From: Aliivibrio fischeri ES114
GTDB taxonomy: Bacteria > Pseudomonadota > Gammaproteobacteria > Enterobacterales > Vibrionaceae
NCBI RefSeq assembly: GCF_000011805.1
Contig: NC_006840.2
Strand: one strand, 5' to 3'
Length of the DNA stretch: 32,000 nucleotides
A model generated the notes under the pieces. It was not told the origin of the DNA, made no database searches, and saw nothing but the letters and a program-made list of their open reading frames with translations. The position numbers were made by a program, and so were the translations under genes. Each line of letters starts with the position of its first letter. Positions within the stretch are counted from its first letter, which is position 1. Positions 20,277 through 29,691 of the stretch are shown piece by piece.

Positions 20277-21845
20277 TTAATATCTCCATTCCTTGGCGGA
20301 TAAATTAAATTTTCGTAATCGATAATCAAGAGAACCTTTTGATAGCTCTAAATGGTTAGCTATGGTCTGCAAGTGTCCTTGATGTTTCTCTAAATATTGC
20401 ATTAAAACGTTCTTCTCAAATTGGTCTATTTGAGAAGATAAGCTGCCAGTTAACGCCTGTTCTTTATTCTCTTTTGGCGTCATCATCATGATGCTATTCA
20501 AGACTTTTTCTATGACAGATTTATCTAACTGTTGGCAGTCAGGCGCTTCCATACAGCAACGCTCTATGATGTTTTTTAGCTCACGAACATTCCCTGGAAA
20601 TGAGTAATTATCAAGGTAGCTGATAAACTCATTGGTTAATGCGGGGGTAGGTTGATGGAGCTCTAAAGCATAATGCTTAGTAAAAAAATGACTCAATAAA
20701 GCGATGTCGCCATAACGCTCTCTAAGTGGAGGAAGAGCGATGGTAAATTGTGCTAAACGGAAATAGAGGTCTTGACGGAATTCACCTTGCTCAATTTTTT
20801 TGATTAAAGCTTGGTGTGTTGCTGCAACAACTTTGACATCAATATCGTAAAGGGTAGTTGACCCTAATGGGCGAACTTTTTTCTCTTCTAATACGCGAAG
20901 CAGCTTGGCTTGAAGTGAGCTTGGCATATCTCCGATTTCATCTAAAAATAGGATACCTTTGTCAGCGGATCGGATTAAACCAATGTAATCTCTATCCGCT
21001 CCAGTAAACGCTCCTTTTTGATAACCAAATAACTCACTTTCAAGTAGGTGCTCAGGAATGGAGGCACAGTTTTGTACGACGTATGGCTCGTTTCTTCTAT
21101 TACCAAATTGATGAATAGCTTTTGCGATAAGTTCTTTACCGCTTCCTGTTTCACCAGTAACCAATACATTTCGATTAATGTGTAGCGCTTTAGATATATT
21201 AAGGCGCACCTCTTTTATCGCACTACTATCGCCAACAATATTAAAATCAGATGGGATGTGGGTTGTTGATGAATGAGGAGCAATCTTTTGATCCAATAAA
21301 GCGTAACTGTTTTTAATTGCTAGTGCGATTCGGTCAATAGCAAGTGAGTTAAGGGTATAAATTGTTTGGCGATCACTTTTTTGGTAAGTACTAAAATTGG
21401 AGAAATAAAACATGAGTACGCCTGAAATTCTTTGTTGTGAATTTCTTAATGGCATAAATTCAACTTCACCATCGGTTAGAGTGTAATACTCTGATTGTTC
21501 GAATAAAATATGCTTAATATCATCAGTACATTGACTAAAATGAAGATTAAAATTACGCCCTTCACTCATACAGAGAGTTAACGTATTAAATTCACGATAA
21601 TCGGTATTTATGATGTTATTTTTGTCGTTTTTATTCTCAAAAGGCAAAGAGGTGATTTGAGGTTGATGTTTAGAGTCAGAATAACCTTCAGCCATTTTAA
21701 ATAACTGTGCACCAGAAGGTTGCGATAAAAAGCAAATTACCTTTTGGGCACCACTGTGTTTTAAAATTCCAGATAACCAACATTGAGTGAATTTATTAAA
21801 GTCACTTTGTTGTTCTGAAGTAATATTCATTAATAGCTCTGGCAT
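20277..21845 (-). CDS. vasH: Sigma-54-dependent T6SS transcriptional activator (VasH-like): GAF-like N-terminus, AAA+ domain, Fis-type HTH
   Basis: GETGSGKELIAKAIH (Walker A), GAFTGAD (intact sigma-54 contact loop), LFLDEIGDMP (Walker B), RRYG-like region LPPLRERYGDIALL, C-terminal HLQTIANHLELSKGSLDYRLRKF. Confidence 0.92.
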   Translation of the reverse strand: MPELLMNITSEQQSDFNKFTQCWLSGILKHSGAQKVICFLSQPSGAQLFKMAEGYSDSKHQPQITSLPFENKNDKNNIINTDYREFNTLTLCMSEGRNFNLHFSQCTDDIKHILFEQSEYYTLTDGEVEFMPLRNSQQRISGVLMFYFSNFSTYQKSDRQTIYTLNSLAIDRIALAIKNSYALLDQKIAPHSSTTHIPSDFNIVGDSSAIKEVRLNISKALHINRNVLVTGETGSGKELIAKAIHQFGNRRNEPYVVQNCASIPEHLLESELFGYQKGAFTGADRDYIGLIRSADKGILFLDEIGDMPSSLQAKLLRVLEEKKVRPLGSTTLYDIDVKVVAATHQALIKKIEQGEFRQDLYFRLAQFTIALPPLRERYGDIALLSHFFTKHYALELHQPTPALTNEFISYLDNYSFPGNVRELKNIIERCCMEAPDCQQLDKSVIEKVLNSIMMMTPKENKEQALTGSLSSQIDQFEKNVLMQYLEKHQGHLQTIANHLELSKGSLDYRLRKFNLSAKEWRY

Positions 21846-21850
21846 GATGG

Positions 21851-24433
21851 CTAGTCCTCAAACTCGCAAAAGACTTGGCCATTTTCATCAATACATAAAG
21901 AAATACTGGTTAATGGTTCTTTTCTAGCCAGTGCTAGCAGTATTTGGGATGAAAATGCAGGTTTTAGTTGTCCATTAATAATGGCATCAATATTTCTCGC
22001 ACCGGTTTCAGTTAATGTACAACTTTGAGCAATGTGTTGAATGATTGCTTCGTCATAATGAAGAGTGATTTGTTGCAATGATAGCTGTTCGGTTAATTGT
22101 TTAAGGCGAATATCCACAAGGGCTTCCATACTTTCCATATCAAGAGGGAAGAATGGGACAACGGTCATTCGTCCGACTAAGGCTGGTTTAAAGTACTGAT
22201 TTAACGTTGGACGGATGGCTTTAGTTAATGCATCAGTTGTCGGTTTTTCTTCTTGATTACAAAGAGCTTCAATTTGATCAGAGGCTAAGTTTGACGTCAT
22301 GATTATTAGTGTTTGTTTGAAGTTGATTTCTCTTCCTTCACCATCATTAGCTACGCCTTTATCAAAAATTTGATAGAAAAGGTTCATTATTTCAGGATCT
22401 GCTTTTTCGACTTCATCAAGTAATACAACGGAATAAGGGCGTTGACGAACGGCTTCAGTTAACACTCCGCCTTCACCATATCCAACGTAGCCAGGAGGCG
22501 AACCAATTAGGCGAGATACGGTGTGTTTTTCTTGAAACTCTGACATATTGATGGTGGTAAGAAATTGTTCGCCGCCATACATTAAATCGGCAATGGCTTG
22601 AGCGGTTTGAGTTTTGCCTACACCACTTGGACCAACAAAAAGAAATACACCAGTTGGAGAATTAGGGTTGTTTAATCCTGCTGCAGTGGCTTGGATTGCT
22701 TTTTCTAAGGCGATGACGGCTTGATCTTGGCCTTTGATTTGTTCTTTTAGCTTTGATTTTATCGTAAGTACTTGAGTCGCTTGTCCACGTTGTAATGTAC
22801 TCATTGGAATGCCTGTCCAATGGGATACTACCTCAGCAACCAAAGATGGGCAGGTTTCGTAGTTGACTAAAGAGTGTGTATGTTGTGCATCCGATAGCGC
22901 TTGATGTATCTCTTGTTGGTTGCAAATTAATCGATGCTTTTCTTCTTCATCGTTACATTGTGCAATGTCAATTCGAGAAGTTAGTAACGCTTCGGCTAAT
23001 TCTTTTTGTGTTTGCCATTCTTGTTCTAACTGTTCAGCGTCAAGGTGGGTTTGAGACAGTTTTTCTTTCAACAGAGTGATGGTGTTTTCTTCAATATTGA
23101 TCCCAGCTTGTTGATCTCTTAATACACAATCAAGCTCACGTTGAGTAATAGCAATAATATGCAATAACCTTTCTAATGACTCAGGCTTTGCTTTTAAATT
23201 GATCTTCACACGTGCACAAGCCGTATCAAGAAGATCGATTGCTTTATCAGGTAGTTGGCGACCGCTAATGTAACGTGCAGATAATTCAGCAGCGGCAATA
23301 ATGGCATCATCTCTTACATAAACACCGTGGCTTTCTTCATAACGCTCTGCAAGACCACGTAAAATCGTTATGGCTTGAGTAACATTAGGTTCGTTCACTT
23401 TTACAGGTTGGAAACGTCGTGCAAGTGCAGGATCCTTTTCAATGTATTTTTTATATTCAGACCACGTTGTTGCACCTATTGTGCGTAATTCACCTCGAGC
23501 AAGAGCTGGTTTTAGAAGATTGGCTGCATCATTGCTACCTGCTTGTCCACCAGCACCAATTAGAGTATGTGCTTCATCAATAAATAAGATAATAGGCGTC
23601 GGACTTTCTTGAACTGCTGTGATAACCAAATTTAAGCGACGTTCAAATTCACCTTTAATGCTTGCTCCTGCTTGAAGTAGTCCAAGGTCTAAAGAGAGAA
23701 GGGCGACATTTTCAAGCATATCCGGCACTTCACCTTGAGCTATTTTTATTGCTAAACCTTCTACTAATGCCGTTTTACCAACCCCTGCTTCGCCAACAAT
23801 CATTGGGTTATTTTTACGGCGACGAGCTAAAATATCGATCATTTGACGAATTTCAGAATCTCGGCATAAAACAGGATCAATTTTATTATCTTTCGCCAAT
23901 TGTGTGTAATTGGTTGTGTATGCATCGAGTGCATTTTGATGTTCAGCAGAGGAATGAGAATCTCGATTCGCACAGCTGACTAAGCCTTCAACCTGTTGTT
24001 TTAATGAAGCGACAGGAATAACACTTAACTCACGGTAATAGGGGGTGTGCCCATATTTGTTTGGATGGGAAAGGAGAGTAAGCAGTAAATTTGCTGCGAG
24101 TACTTCAGAAAGTTGCATTTCTAACATGGAGAAGAGATAACTTTCTTGAAGCCATTCGATTAACGCAGTTGATAAGACAGGATGATTACTTTCAGATGAG
24201 GTACTTTTTCTTCCGTGTTGTAGCGCTTCAATTAAAACGTCAGTAGATACATTGTATTGTTGACAAGCTTTATTCCAGAAACTTTGTGGATTATTCAGTG
24301 CCGCAAGAATAAAGTCTTCACATAACACTTCATTACCGCCACGAGTGACGCATAATTGTGCGGCTTGCTCTAACGCAAGGTGTGACTCTTTATCTAATGT
24401 TTTAATTAATTGAGGTAGTTCTACGTTAATCAT
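21851..24433 (-). CDS. tssH: Type VI secretion sheath-disassembly AAA+ ATPase TssH/ClpV
   Basis: Two Walker A motifs ([20 protein letters not shown]), Walker [14 protein letters not shown] and [11 protein letters not shown]; [20 protein letters not shown]; ClpV-type N-terminus. Confidence 0.96.
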   Translation of the reverse strand: MINVELPQLIKTLDKESHLALEQAAQLCVTRGGNEVLCEDFILAALNNPQSFWNKACQQYNVSTDVLIEALQHGRKSTSSESNHPVLSTALIEWLQESYLFSMLEMQLSEVLAANLLLTLLSHPNKYGHTPYYRELSVIPVASLKQQVEGLVSCANRDSHSSAEHQNALDAYTTNYTQLAKDNKIDPVLCRDSEIRQMIDILARRRKNNPMIVGEAGVGKTALVEGLAIKIAQGEVPDMLENVALLSLDLGLLQAGASIKGEFERRLNLVITAVQESPTPIILFIDEAHTLIGAGGQAGSNDAANLLKPALARGELRTIGATTWSEYKKYIEKDPALARRFQPVKVNEPNVTQAITILRGLAERYEESHGVYVRDDAIIAAAELSARYISGRQLPDKAIDLLDTACARVKINLKAKPESLERLLHIIAITQRELDCVLRDQQAGINIEENTITLLKEKLSQTHLDAEQLEQEWQTQKELAEALLTSRIDIAQCNDEEEKHRLICNQQEIHQALSDAQHTHSLVNYETCPSLVAEVVSHWTGIPMSTLQRGQATQVLTIKSKLKEQIKGQDQAVIALEKAIQATAAGLNNPNSPTGVFLFVGPSGVGKTQTAQAIADLMYGGEQFLTTINMSEFQEKHTVSRLIGSPPGYVGYGEGGVLTEAVRQRPYSVVLLDEVEKADPEIMNLFYQIFDKGVANDGEGREINFKQTLIIMTSNLASDQIEALCNQEEKPTTDALTKAIRPTLNQYFKPALVGRMTVVPFFPLDMESMEALVDIRLKQLTEQLSLQQITLHYDEAIIQHIAQSCTLTETGARNIDAIINGQLKPAFSSQILLALARKEPLTSISLCIDENGQVFCEFED

Positions 24434-25470
24434 AATGTTTTCCCTGAAAGTGTAATACGTCCTTCATTTGGGTTTGAACCTAGCCAACTCGTCCAACCTA
24501 AACAGCATTCATTATCAACTGATAAGGTTAATGGACGGGGTTCATCTTTTTTTAAATGAAGTTGAATATCAAAATCGAGTGGATCTTTAACGGTAAATTG
24601 CACTAATTGATTGAGTGCGATCCAATTTGGTTTATCGGTTAAAAAAGAGTGGAAGTGATCCCACGTTAATTCTTTTATATGTATACGAAATTTATTTGCT
24701 CTATCTGGTGCACTACTGCCCAAAACAGAGCTGCTAGAAAGAACGGCATTGTTCTGGCCCAATTCACAGAGTTGTTGTGTTGGAATTGAACAGTGACGAA
24801 GAATGCACTCTTCAATATGTATCGCTGAATGCTGGAAGTAGTATCGTAATAGCGCTTCTATTGTATTTGCTGATCTGACCCTTTGACTTAGCAAACCAAG
24901 GTAAGGAAATAAGCGAGACCAGTTGATTGAGTCGTCATCACGCAGTTCAGGATTTTTTAATCCAAGCAATGCGAATATATATTGTGAAAACGGATCATTG
25001 GCGCCTTCTCTAAACGCTGCGTTATAACGGTACTTTTGCCAAACACTACGAATTAAACGATGTAATCTGTGATGGAAAATATCAAGAAATGACTTTAGAA
25101 CGTTGTTTTCATCCTGCAGTAAATAATCATTATAAAAAGCAGGCAAGGGCGATGAAGCACCAATTAATGACAGCATATTTAACGTCATAATGACTTTTGG
25201 TAGCCCATCATCATGAGTAATTACTTTAATGCTTTGAATCTCACGAGGAGCAAAACCTTGTGAAGGATTCGCTACAAATTGAATGCGGTCATAGGCCTGA
25301 TCAAGATCCCAGTCATCATGTTTGGTTTTTAAGTGATGACATACATGATCCAATGCCTTCATCAAGGATAAATGTCCAATATGTTCAATGGTTATTCCTA
25401 ATTGAATAGGAATTTGATTTGATGTTATCGAGACTAAATTAGAGGTTGTTGCCCCATTCGTGGTAGCCAT
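24430..25470 (-). CDS. tssG: Type VI secretion baseplate protein TssG
   Basis: 346 aa; IQFVANPSQGFAPREI, MLSLIGASSPLPAFY, FLDIFHHRLHRLIRSVWQKYRY, LGLLSQRVRSANTIEALLRYYF; 4-nt overlap with tssH. The annotated start overlaps tssF by 37 nt, so the start is slightly uncertain. Confidence 0.93.
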   Translation of the reverse strand: MATTNGATTSNLVSITSNQIPIQLGITIEHIGHLSLMKALDHVCHHLKTKHDDWDLDQAYDRIQFVANPSQGFAPREIQSIKVITHDDGLPKVIMTLNMLSLIGASSPLPAFYNDYLLQDENNVLKSFLDIFHHRLHRLIRSVWQKYRYNAAFREGANDPFSQYIFALLGLKNPELRDDDSINWSRLFPYLGLLSQRVRSANTIEALLRYYFQHSAIHIEECILRHCSIPTQQLCELGQNNAVLSSSSVLGSSAPDRANKFRIHIKELTWDHFHSFLTDKPNWIALNQLVQFTVKDPLDFDIQLHLKKDEPRPLTLSVDNECCLGWTSWLGSNPNEGRITLSGKTL

Positions 25471-27185
25471 GAATAGTCTCCTCCATCAGTGCTTGTAACG
25501 TGCAATTGGTTGAATGAATTCATACTGGTATAAAGCGATAAAAATTCATTAATTACAGTGGAAAATAAATACAGCTCGCCTTCACATAAAAAGTGCTTCG
25601 TGTTGAGATGAAGTTGTGTATTCATTGCTCGTACAGGAGCACCTTCATATAACATATCGCAAGGTTTGGTCGATATACTTACGATGCCATCGATCAGTCT
25701 TTTATGTTTTTTTCCTTTTGCATCGTCTTGTTGACCAGCAAAATCATAAGCAAGCAAAATACGTTTAAACGCTTCAGGCTTGGTTAATGAAAGATAATTA
25801 AGGGACATATTTGATATGAGCGACCAAAGACCATCTTTATCAATGGGTGGGGTGTAGCAAGGCGTTACTGTTCTGATATTGGTAAATGTGGCTGAACCAG
25901 TTGTTTGATCTGTTGTTTCTGTAATTGAGTTTACAGATAAACGTTGAGCTAATGCCCCATTACATGCAGTAACGGCAATAGAAACAGTAACGCTATTGGT
26001 AAAAGTGTGTTGAGAGCGAAAAGACAGATACGTATCAAAGTGCCCACTGACAATGTTCTTTTCTTGACGAATACTGTAATAGTTTGAGCGATTTTTATTT
26101 TCGTTATGTTCAAATGATTCAAAGTGGTAAAAATCGATACGACCTTTTTGCCCAGGGTTCCAACCGTGTACTTCTTTGACAGATAAAATAGTACTGCTAT
26201 CGTCATTTAAAGAAACTGGCGTGATCTTATATTGATCTTTTCTGTGGTTAAGTAAGAGTGGTTGTGTATCACTTTTAAATGAATTAACGATTGGGGTACA
26301 AAATAGCTCTGGTTGAACACGATTAGCGTAAAAAGGTTGTTGTGTGATGTTATCTAACGTGAATTTTAAATCGACATATTTACACCCTTGACTAAACTGA
26401 GCTGGCCAAACTGGTAACTCAGTTAAGTCAATGTAGTAATATTTTTCTGGGTAACAAAAAAATTCTTGAATGTGTCGGTAGCCTTCAAATGTATTGAGAG
26501 GGTAATCAAAAATAGCCTCATTGGTTTTAAAGCCAACAGGTTTAATGCTATGGGGTGGAAACGTTGAGCGATTGATTTGTTCTAACTCTTTATCCAAAGC
26601 ACAAAACTCAGCTTGAGTAGTGGAAGAGCATAGCGCCATAATAAGAGATAAGCAGCTGGCTTTGTCTCCATTAAAATGAACACGTAATTGCTTCATATTT
26701 AACGACGCTAGATCAATTCCTGAAGGTAATTCCAATCGTAATTGATAAATGCCACCATGCCCATTTGCTGTAAAAGACGATGAATGAAGTGATACTGGAT
26801 AAATATCAACATCAAAACATGTTTTAAATTTACATTGAATGCCATCAATAGGTTGGCTAAGTACTTCCGTACCACGTTTAATTATTGATGCTTGGGTTGC
26901 TTCACTTGCCGGTGTAAATTGCAGAGTACTCATTGCTGGAATTGCTTGGACATAGTTAGGCCACAATAAACGCATTAATGAATGAGTTAATTCTGGTAAC
27001 TGGTTATCTAAGCGTTGATGTAAACGACCAACTAAAAAAGCAAATCCTTCGAATAATCGCTCAATATCTGGATCCAATCCCTCTTGACCTAAATAGGGTG
27101 CTAAAGCCGGATTTTCTCTCGAAAACGACTTTCCTAATTCGCGCAGTGCTGCTAATTCAGATTGATAGTAATGATTAAAACTCAT
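25434..27185 (-). CDS. tssF: Type VI secretion baseplate protein TssF
   Basis: SFNHYYQSELAALRELGKSFSRENPALAPYLGQEGLDPDIERLFEGFAFLVGRLHQRLDNQLPELTHSLMRLLWPNY, the canonical TssF N-terminus; C-terminus SMNSFNQLHV...GGDYSWLPRMGQQPLI. Confidence 0.96.
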   Translation of the reverse strand: MSFNHYYQSELAALRELGKSFSRENPALAPYLGQEGLDPDIERLFEGFAFLVGRLHQRLDNQLPELTHSLMRLLWPNYVQAIPAMSTLQFTPASEATQASIIKRGTEVLSQPIDGIQCKFKTCFDVDIYPVSLHSSSFTANGHGGIYQLRLELPSGIDLASLNMKQLRVHFNGDKASCLSLIMALCSSTTQAEFCALDKELEQINRSTFPPHSIKPVGFKTNEAIFDYPLNTFEGYRHIQEFFCYPEKYYYIDLTELPVWPAQFSQGCKYVDLKFTLDNITQQPFYANRVQPELFCTPIVNSFKSDTQPLLLNHRKDQYKITPVSLNDDSSTILSVKEVHGWNPGQKGRIDFYHFESFEHNENKNRSNYYSIRQEKNIVSGHFDTYLSFRSQHTFTNSVTVSIAVTACNGALAQRLSVNSITETTDQTTGSATFTNIRTVTPCYTPPIDKDGLWSLISNMSLNYLSLTKPEAFKRILLAYDFAGQQDDAKGKKHKRLIDGIVSISTKPCDMLYEGAPVRAMNTQLHLNTKHFLCEGELYLFSTVINEFLSLYTSMNSFNQLHVTSTDGGDYSWLPRMGQQPLI

Positions 27186-27607
27186 GCTGCACCTTGTGTA
27201 ATATTGGTTTCAGCTTTACGGTTAGCTGCCTGAGCATGAGCGGTAAATGAAATAGCGGTATTTTGCCCATTGATGATGACATCACCACTGACATCAAAAT
27301 AGAGACGTAATGGGTTATAGATATCACCTAAATAGCGGACTTGAGGATTAATGATTCTCGTTTCATAGCGAGCGATAACACGTTCAACCTCGCGTTTAAT
27401 ATGAAGGATGGCATCATGTGGACTCATGTGAGACATATTAAGATCTGGTAAGCCTAAATCAGGACAGATCAATGCAGCCCCTTGTCTTGTTGAAAGTAAC
27501 TGACTGACGTGTGAGCGAATTGAGTCCGTCATATGCTGTGCTGTGACAGATTGATTGCTTTGTGTTGTACCACTTAATAGTCGTTCAAATAATCGTTGGT
27601 TCGACAT
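27182..27607 (-). CDS. tssE: Type VI secretion baseplate gp25-like protein TssE
   Basis: LFERLL...IRSHVSQLLSTRQGAALICPDLGLPDLN, IERVIARYETRIINPQV; 4-nt overlap with tssF. Confidence 0.93.
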   Translation of the reverse strand: MSNQRLFERLLSGTTQSNQSVTAQHMTDSIRSHVSQLLSTRQGAALICPDLGLPDLNMSHMSPHDAILHIKREVERVIARYETRIINPQVRYLGDIYNPLRLYFDVSGDVIINGQNTAISFTAHAQAANRKAETNITQGAA

Positions 27608-27629
27608 ATTCCACTCTTTATTCCATTAA

Positions 27630-27689
27630 CACCCTGTGAAATACCCTGTGTTTATTGTCAATAATTAGACTTTTACTAAACACAGGGTG
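27630..27689 (-). promoter_or_regulatory. Intercistronic stem-loop between tssC and tssE with two competing right arms
   Basis: Perfect 12-bp inverted repeat ACCCTGTGTTTA (27643-27654) / TAAACACAGGGT (27677-27688), plus an additional CACCCTGTG (27630-27638) perfectly complementary (9 bp) to CACAGGGTG (27681-27689). No T run after it on the minus strand. Confidence 0.7.
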
Positions 27690-27696
27690 AAAGGGA

Positions 27697-29172
27697 TTAC
27701 TCTTGATCCAATTTACCAACTAGCGACAACGTAAAATCAGAACCCATGTATTTGAAGTGTGGGCGAACTGATAGGTTTACTTTGTACCAGCCTGGATTTC
27801 CTTCAACGTCCATTACTTCGATATTTGCTGCACGAAGTGGACGACGGCTACGAACTTCAGCTGGTGGATTTTCTTGATCAGCAATGTATTGACGAATCCA
27901 AGTGTTTAACTCTTGCTCTAAGTCTGTACGTTCTTTCCAACTACCGATTTGTTCACGTTGTAGCACCTTAATGTAATGTGCAAGGCGGCTAATAATGAAC
28001 AAGTAAGGGAGCTGCGTACCCAAACGGAAATTTAACTCAGCGTTTTTGCCTTCTTCTGTATTACCGAAAAACTTTGCTTTTTGAACAGAGTTAGCAGAGA
28101 AGAAAGCCGCATTATCTGAGCCTTTGCGCATGGTGAGAGCAATAAAGCCTTCTTCTGCTAATTCATATTCTCTGCGGTCGGAAACAAGAACTTCTGTTGG
28201 GATCTTAGTTTCAATATCACCCATACTTTCAAAGTGGTGGAGAGGTAGGTCTTCCACTGCACCACCTGATTGAGGACCAATAATATTTGGACACCAACGG
28301 AAATTAGCAAAACTTTCAGTGATACGAGTTGCCATTGTAAAAGCGGTATTTCCCCATAAATAATCTTCGTGAGTAGCAGAAACATTTTCATGGTAATTGA
28401 ATGCTTTTACAGGGTTTTCTTCTGGATCATAAGGTTGACGTAATAAGAATCTAGGTAATGTTAAACCTACATATCTTGAGTCTTCTTGTTCACGGAAGCT
28501 TTGCCATTTTGCATATTGAGGACTTTCAAAATGATCATTAAGATCTTTTAGATCAGGTAATCCCTCAAATGATTCTAAGCCAAAGAATTTAGGGCCTGCG
28601 GCTGAAATAAATGGTGCATGAGACATTGCTGCTACAGAAGCCAAGTTTTGAAGGTTTTTAATATCAGGCGCAGAAGGACCAAAGTCATAATTACCAATAA
28701 TAGCACCAACAGGTTGGCCACCAAATGTACCAAACTCGTTAGTGTAGACATGCTTGTAGAGTCCTGATTGAGTAATTTCTGAAGCATCTTCGAAGTCCTC
28801 TAACAAGTCAGTTTTAGATACATTAATCACTTCGATTTTAATATTTTCACGAAAATCGGTGCGGTCAACGAGTAATTTTAATCCACGCCAAGCAGATTCA
28901 AGTTGTTGAAAAGACGAGTGGTGAAGAATTTCGTCCACTTGTTTACTTAAGCGTTGATCAATCTCTGTGATCATTTTATCAATTAAAGCTTTTTTGACTG
29001 GCTCTTCTTGATTCTGAGGTTTTAATAACTCTTCAATAAAAGCGCTGACACCACGCTTAGCAATACCGTATGTTTCATCTTCTGGAGTTAAATTGGTTTG
29101 AGCTACGATTTGATCAAGAAGTCCAACAGTAACTTGATTATCTAGCTCTTGTGCTGTGCTTGTATCTGACAT
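27697..29172 (-). CDS. tssC: Type VI secretion contractile sheath large subunit TssC (VipB)
   Basis: SAWRGLKLLVDRTDFRENIKIEVINVSK, PVGAIIGNYDFGPSAPDI, HVSATHEDYLWGNTAFTMATRITESFANFRWCPNIIGPQSGG, C-terminal LSLVGKLDQE. Confidence 0.97.
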   Translation of the reverse strand: MSDTSTAQELDNQVTVGLLDQIVAQTNLTPEDETYGIAKRGVSAFIEELLKPQNQEEPVKKALIDKMITEIDQRLSKQVDEILHHSSFQQLESAWRGLKLLVDRTDFRENIKIEVINVSKTDLLEDFEDASEITQSGLYKHVYTNEFGTFGGQPVGAIIGNYDFGPSAPDIKNLQNLASVAAMSHAPFISAAGPKFFGLESFEGLPDLKDLNDHFESPQYAKWQSFREQEDSRYVGLTLPRFLLRQPYDPEENPVKAFNYHENVSATHEDYLWGNTAFTMATRITESFANFRWCPNIIGPQSGGAVEDLPLHHFESMGDIETKIPTEVLVSDRREYELAEEGFIALTMRKGSDNAAFFSANSVQKAKFFGNTEEGKNAELNFRLGTQLPYLFIISRLAHYIKVLQREQIGSWKERTDLEQELNTWIRQYIADQENPPAEVRSRRPLRAANIEVMDVEGNPGWYKVNLSVRPHFKYMGSDFTLSLVGKLDQE

Positions 29173-29175
29173 GTT

Positions 29176-29676
29176 TTATTCCTTTTCTGTCACTAAACCT
29201 AATTCACTTAGTAGTTTTTCACGAGCTTCATCATCAACAAGGGCATCTTCAATTGCTTTGCGGAATGCAGGAACATTGCCTAATGGGCCTTTTAAAGAGA
29301 CAAGCGCTTCACGTAAATCCATTAAGCCTTTTAGTTCAGGCACTTGCTCAACAATGCTTGAAGGATCAAAATCATTGATATGTTTAAAACTTAGATCGAC
29401 TGCAATTTCCTCATTTCCTTCGCCATCATCTTGAAGTTGGTTTTTTACACCAAAAGAGATGTTTAAGTTTTGTTTTTCAATAACGTCATTGAAATTGCTT
29501 TTATCAACATTAAATGGTTTTCGATCTTCAAGTTTTCGATCATCTTCTTGCTGAGTAAAGTCACCAAGAACCATCATTTTCAGTGGAAGTTCAAGATCTT
29601 CTGCAGCGTCACCGCTTACTGGTTTGAATGTCACATTTACACGTTCTTTTGGTGCAACAGATCCATCTTTTGACAT
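29176..29676 (-). CDS. tssB: Type VI secretion contractile sheath small subunit TssB (VipA)
   Basis: SVAPKERVNVTFKPVSG, ELPLKMMVLGDFTQQEDDRKLEDRKPFNVDKSNFNDVI, LVSLKGPLGNVPAFRKAIE. Confidence 0.97.
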   Translation of the reverse strand: MSKDGSVAPKERVNVTFKPVSGDAAEDLELPLKMMVLGDFTQQEDDRKLEDRKPFNVDKSNFNDVIEKQNLNISFGVKNQLQDDGEGNEEIAVDLSFKHINDFDPSSIVEQVPELKGLMDLREALVSLKGPLGNVPAFRKAIEDALVDDEAREKLLSELGLVTEKE

Positions 29677-29691
29677 GGGGTCTCCTTGGGT

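Noticed and set aside
24430-25470. Possible frameshift or misannotation from the 37-nt tssF/tssG overlap
   Set aside because: Both proteins look full length: TssF ends in the expected WLPRMGQQPLI and TssG has its conserved body. The overlap more likely reflects start choice or genuine coupling.
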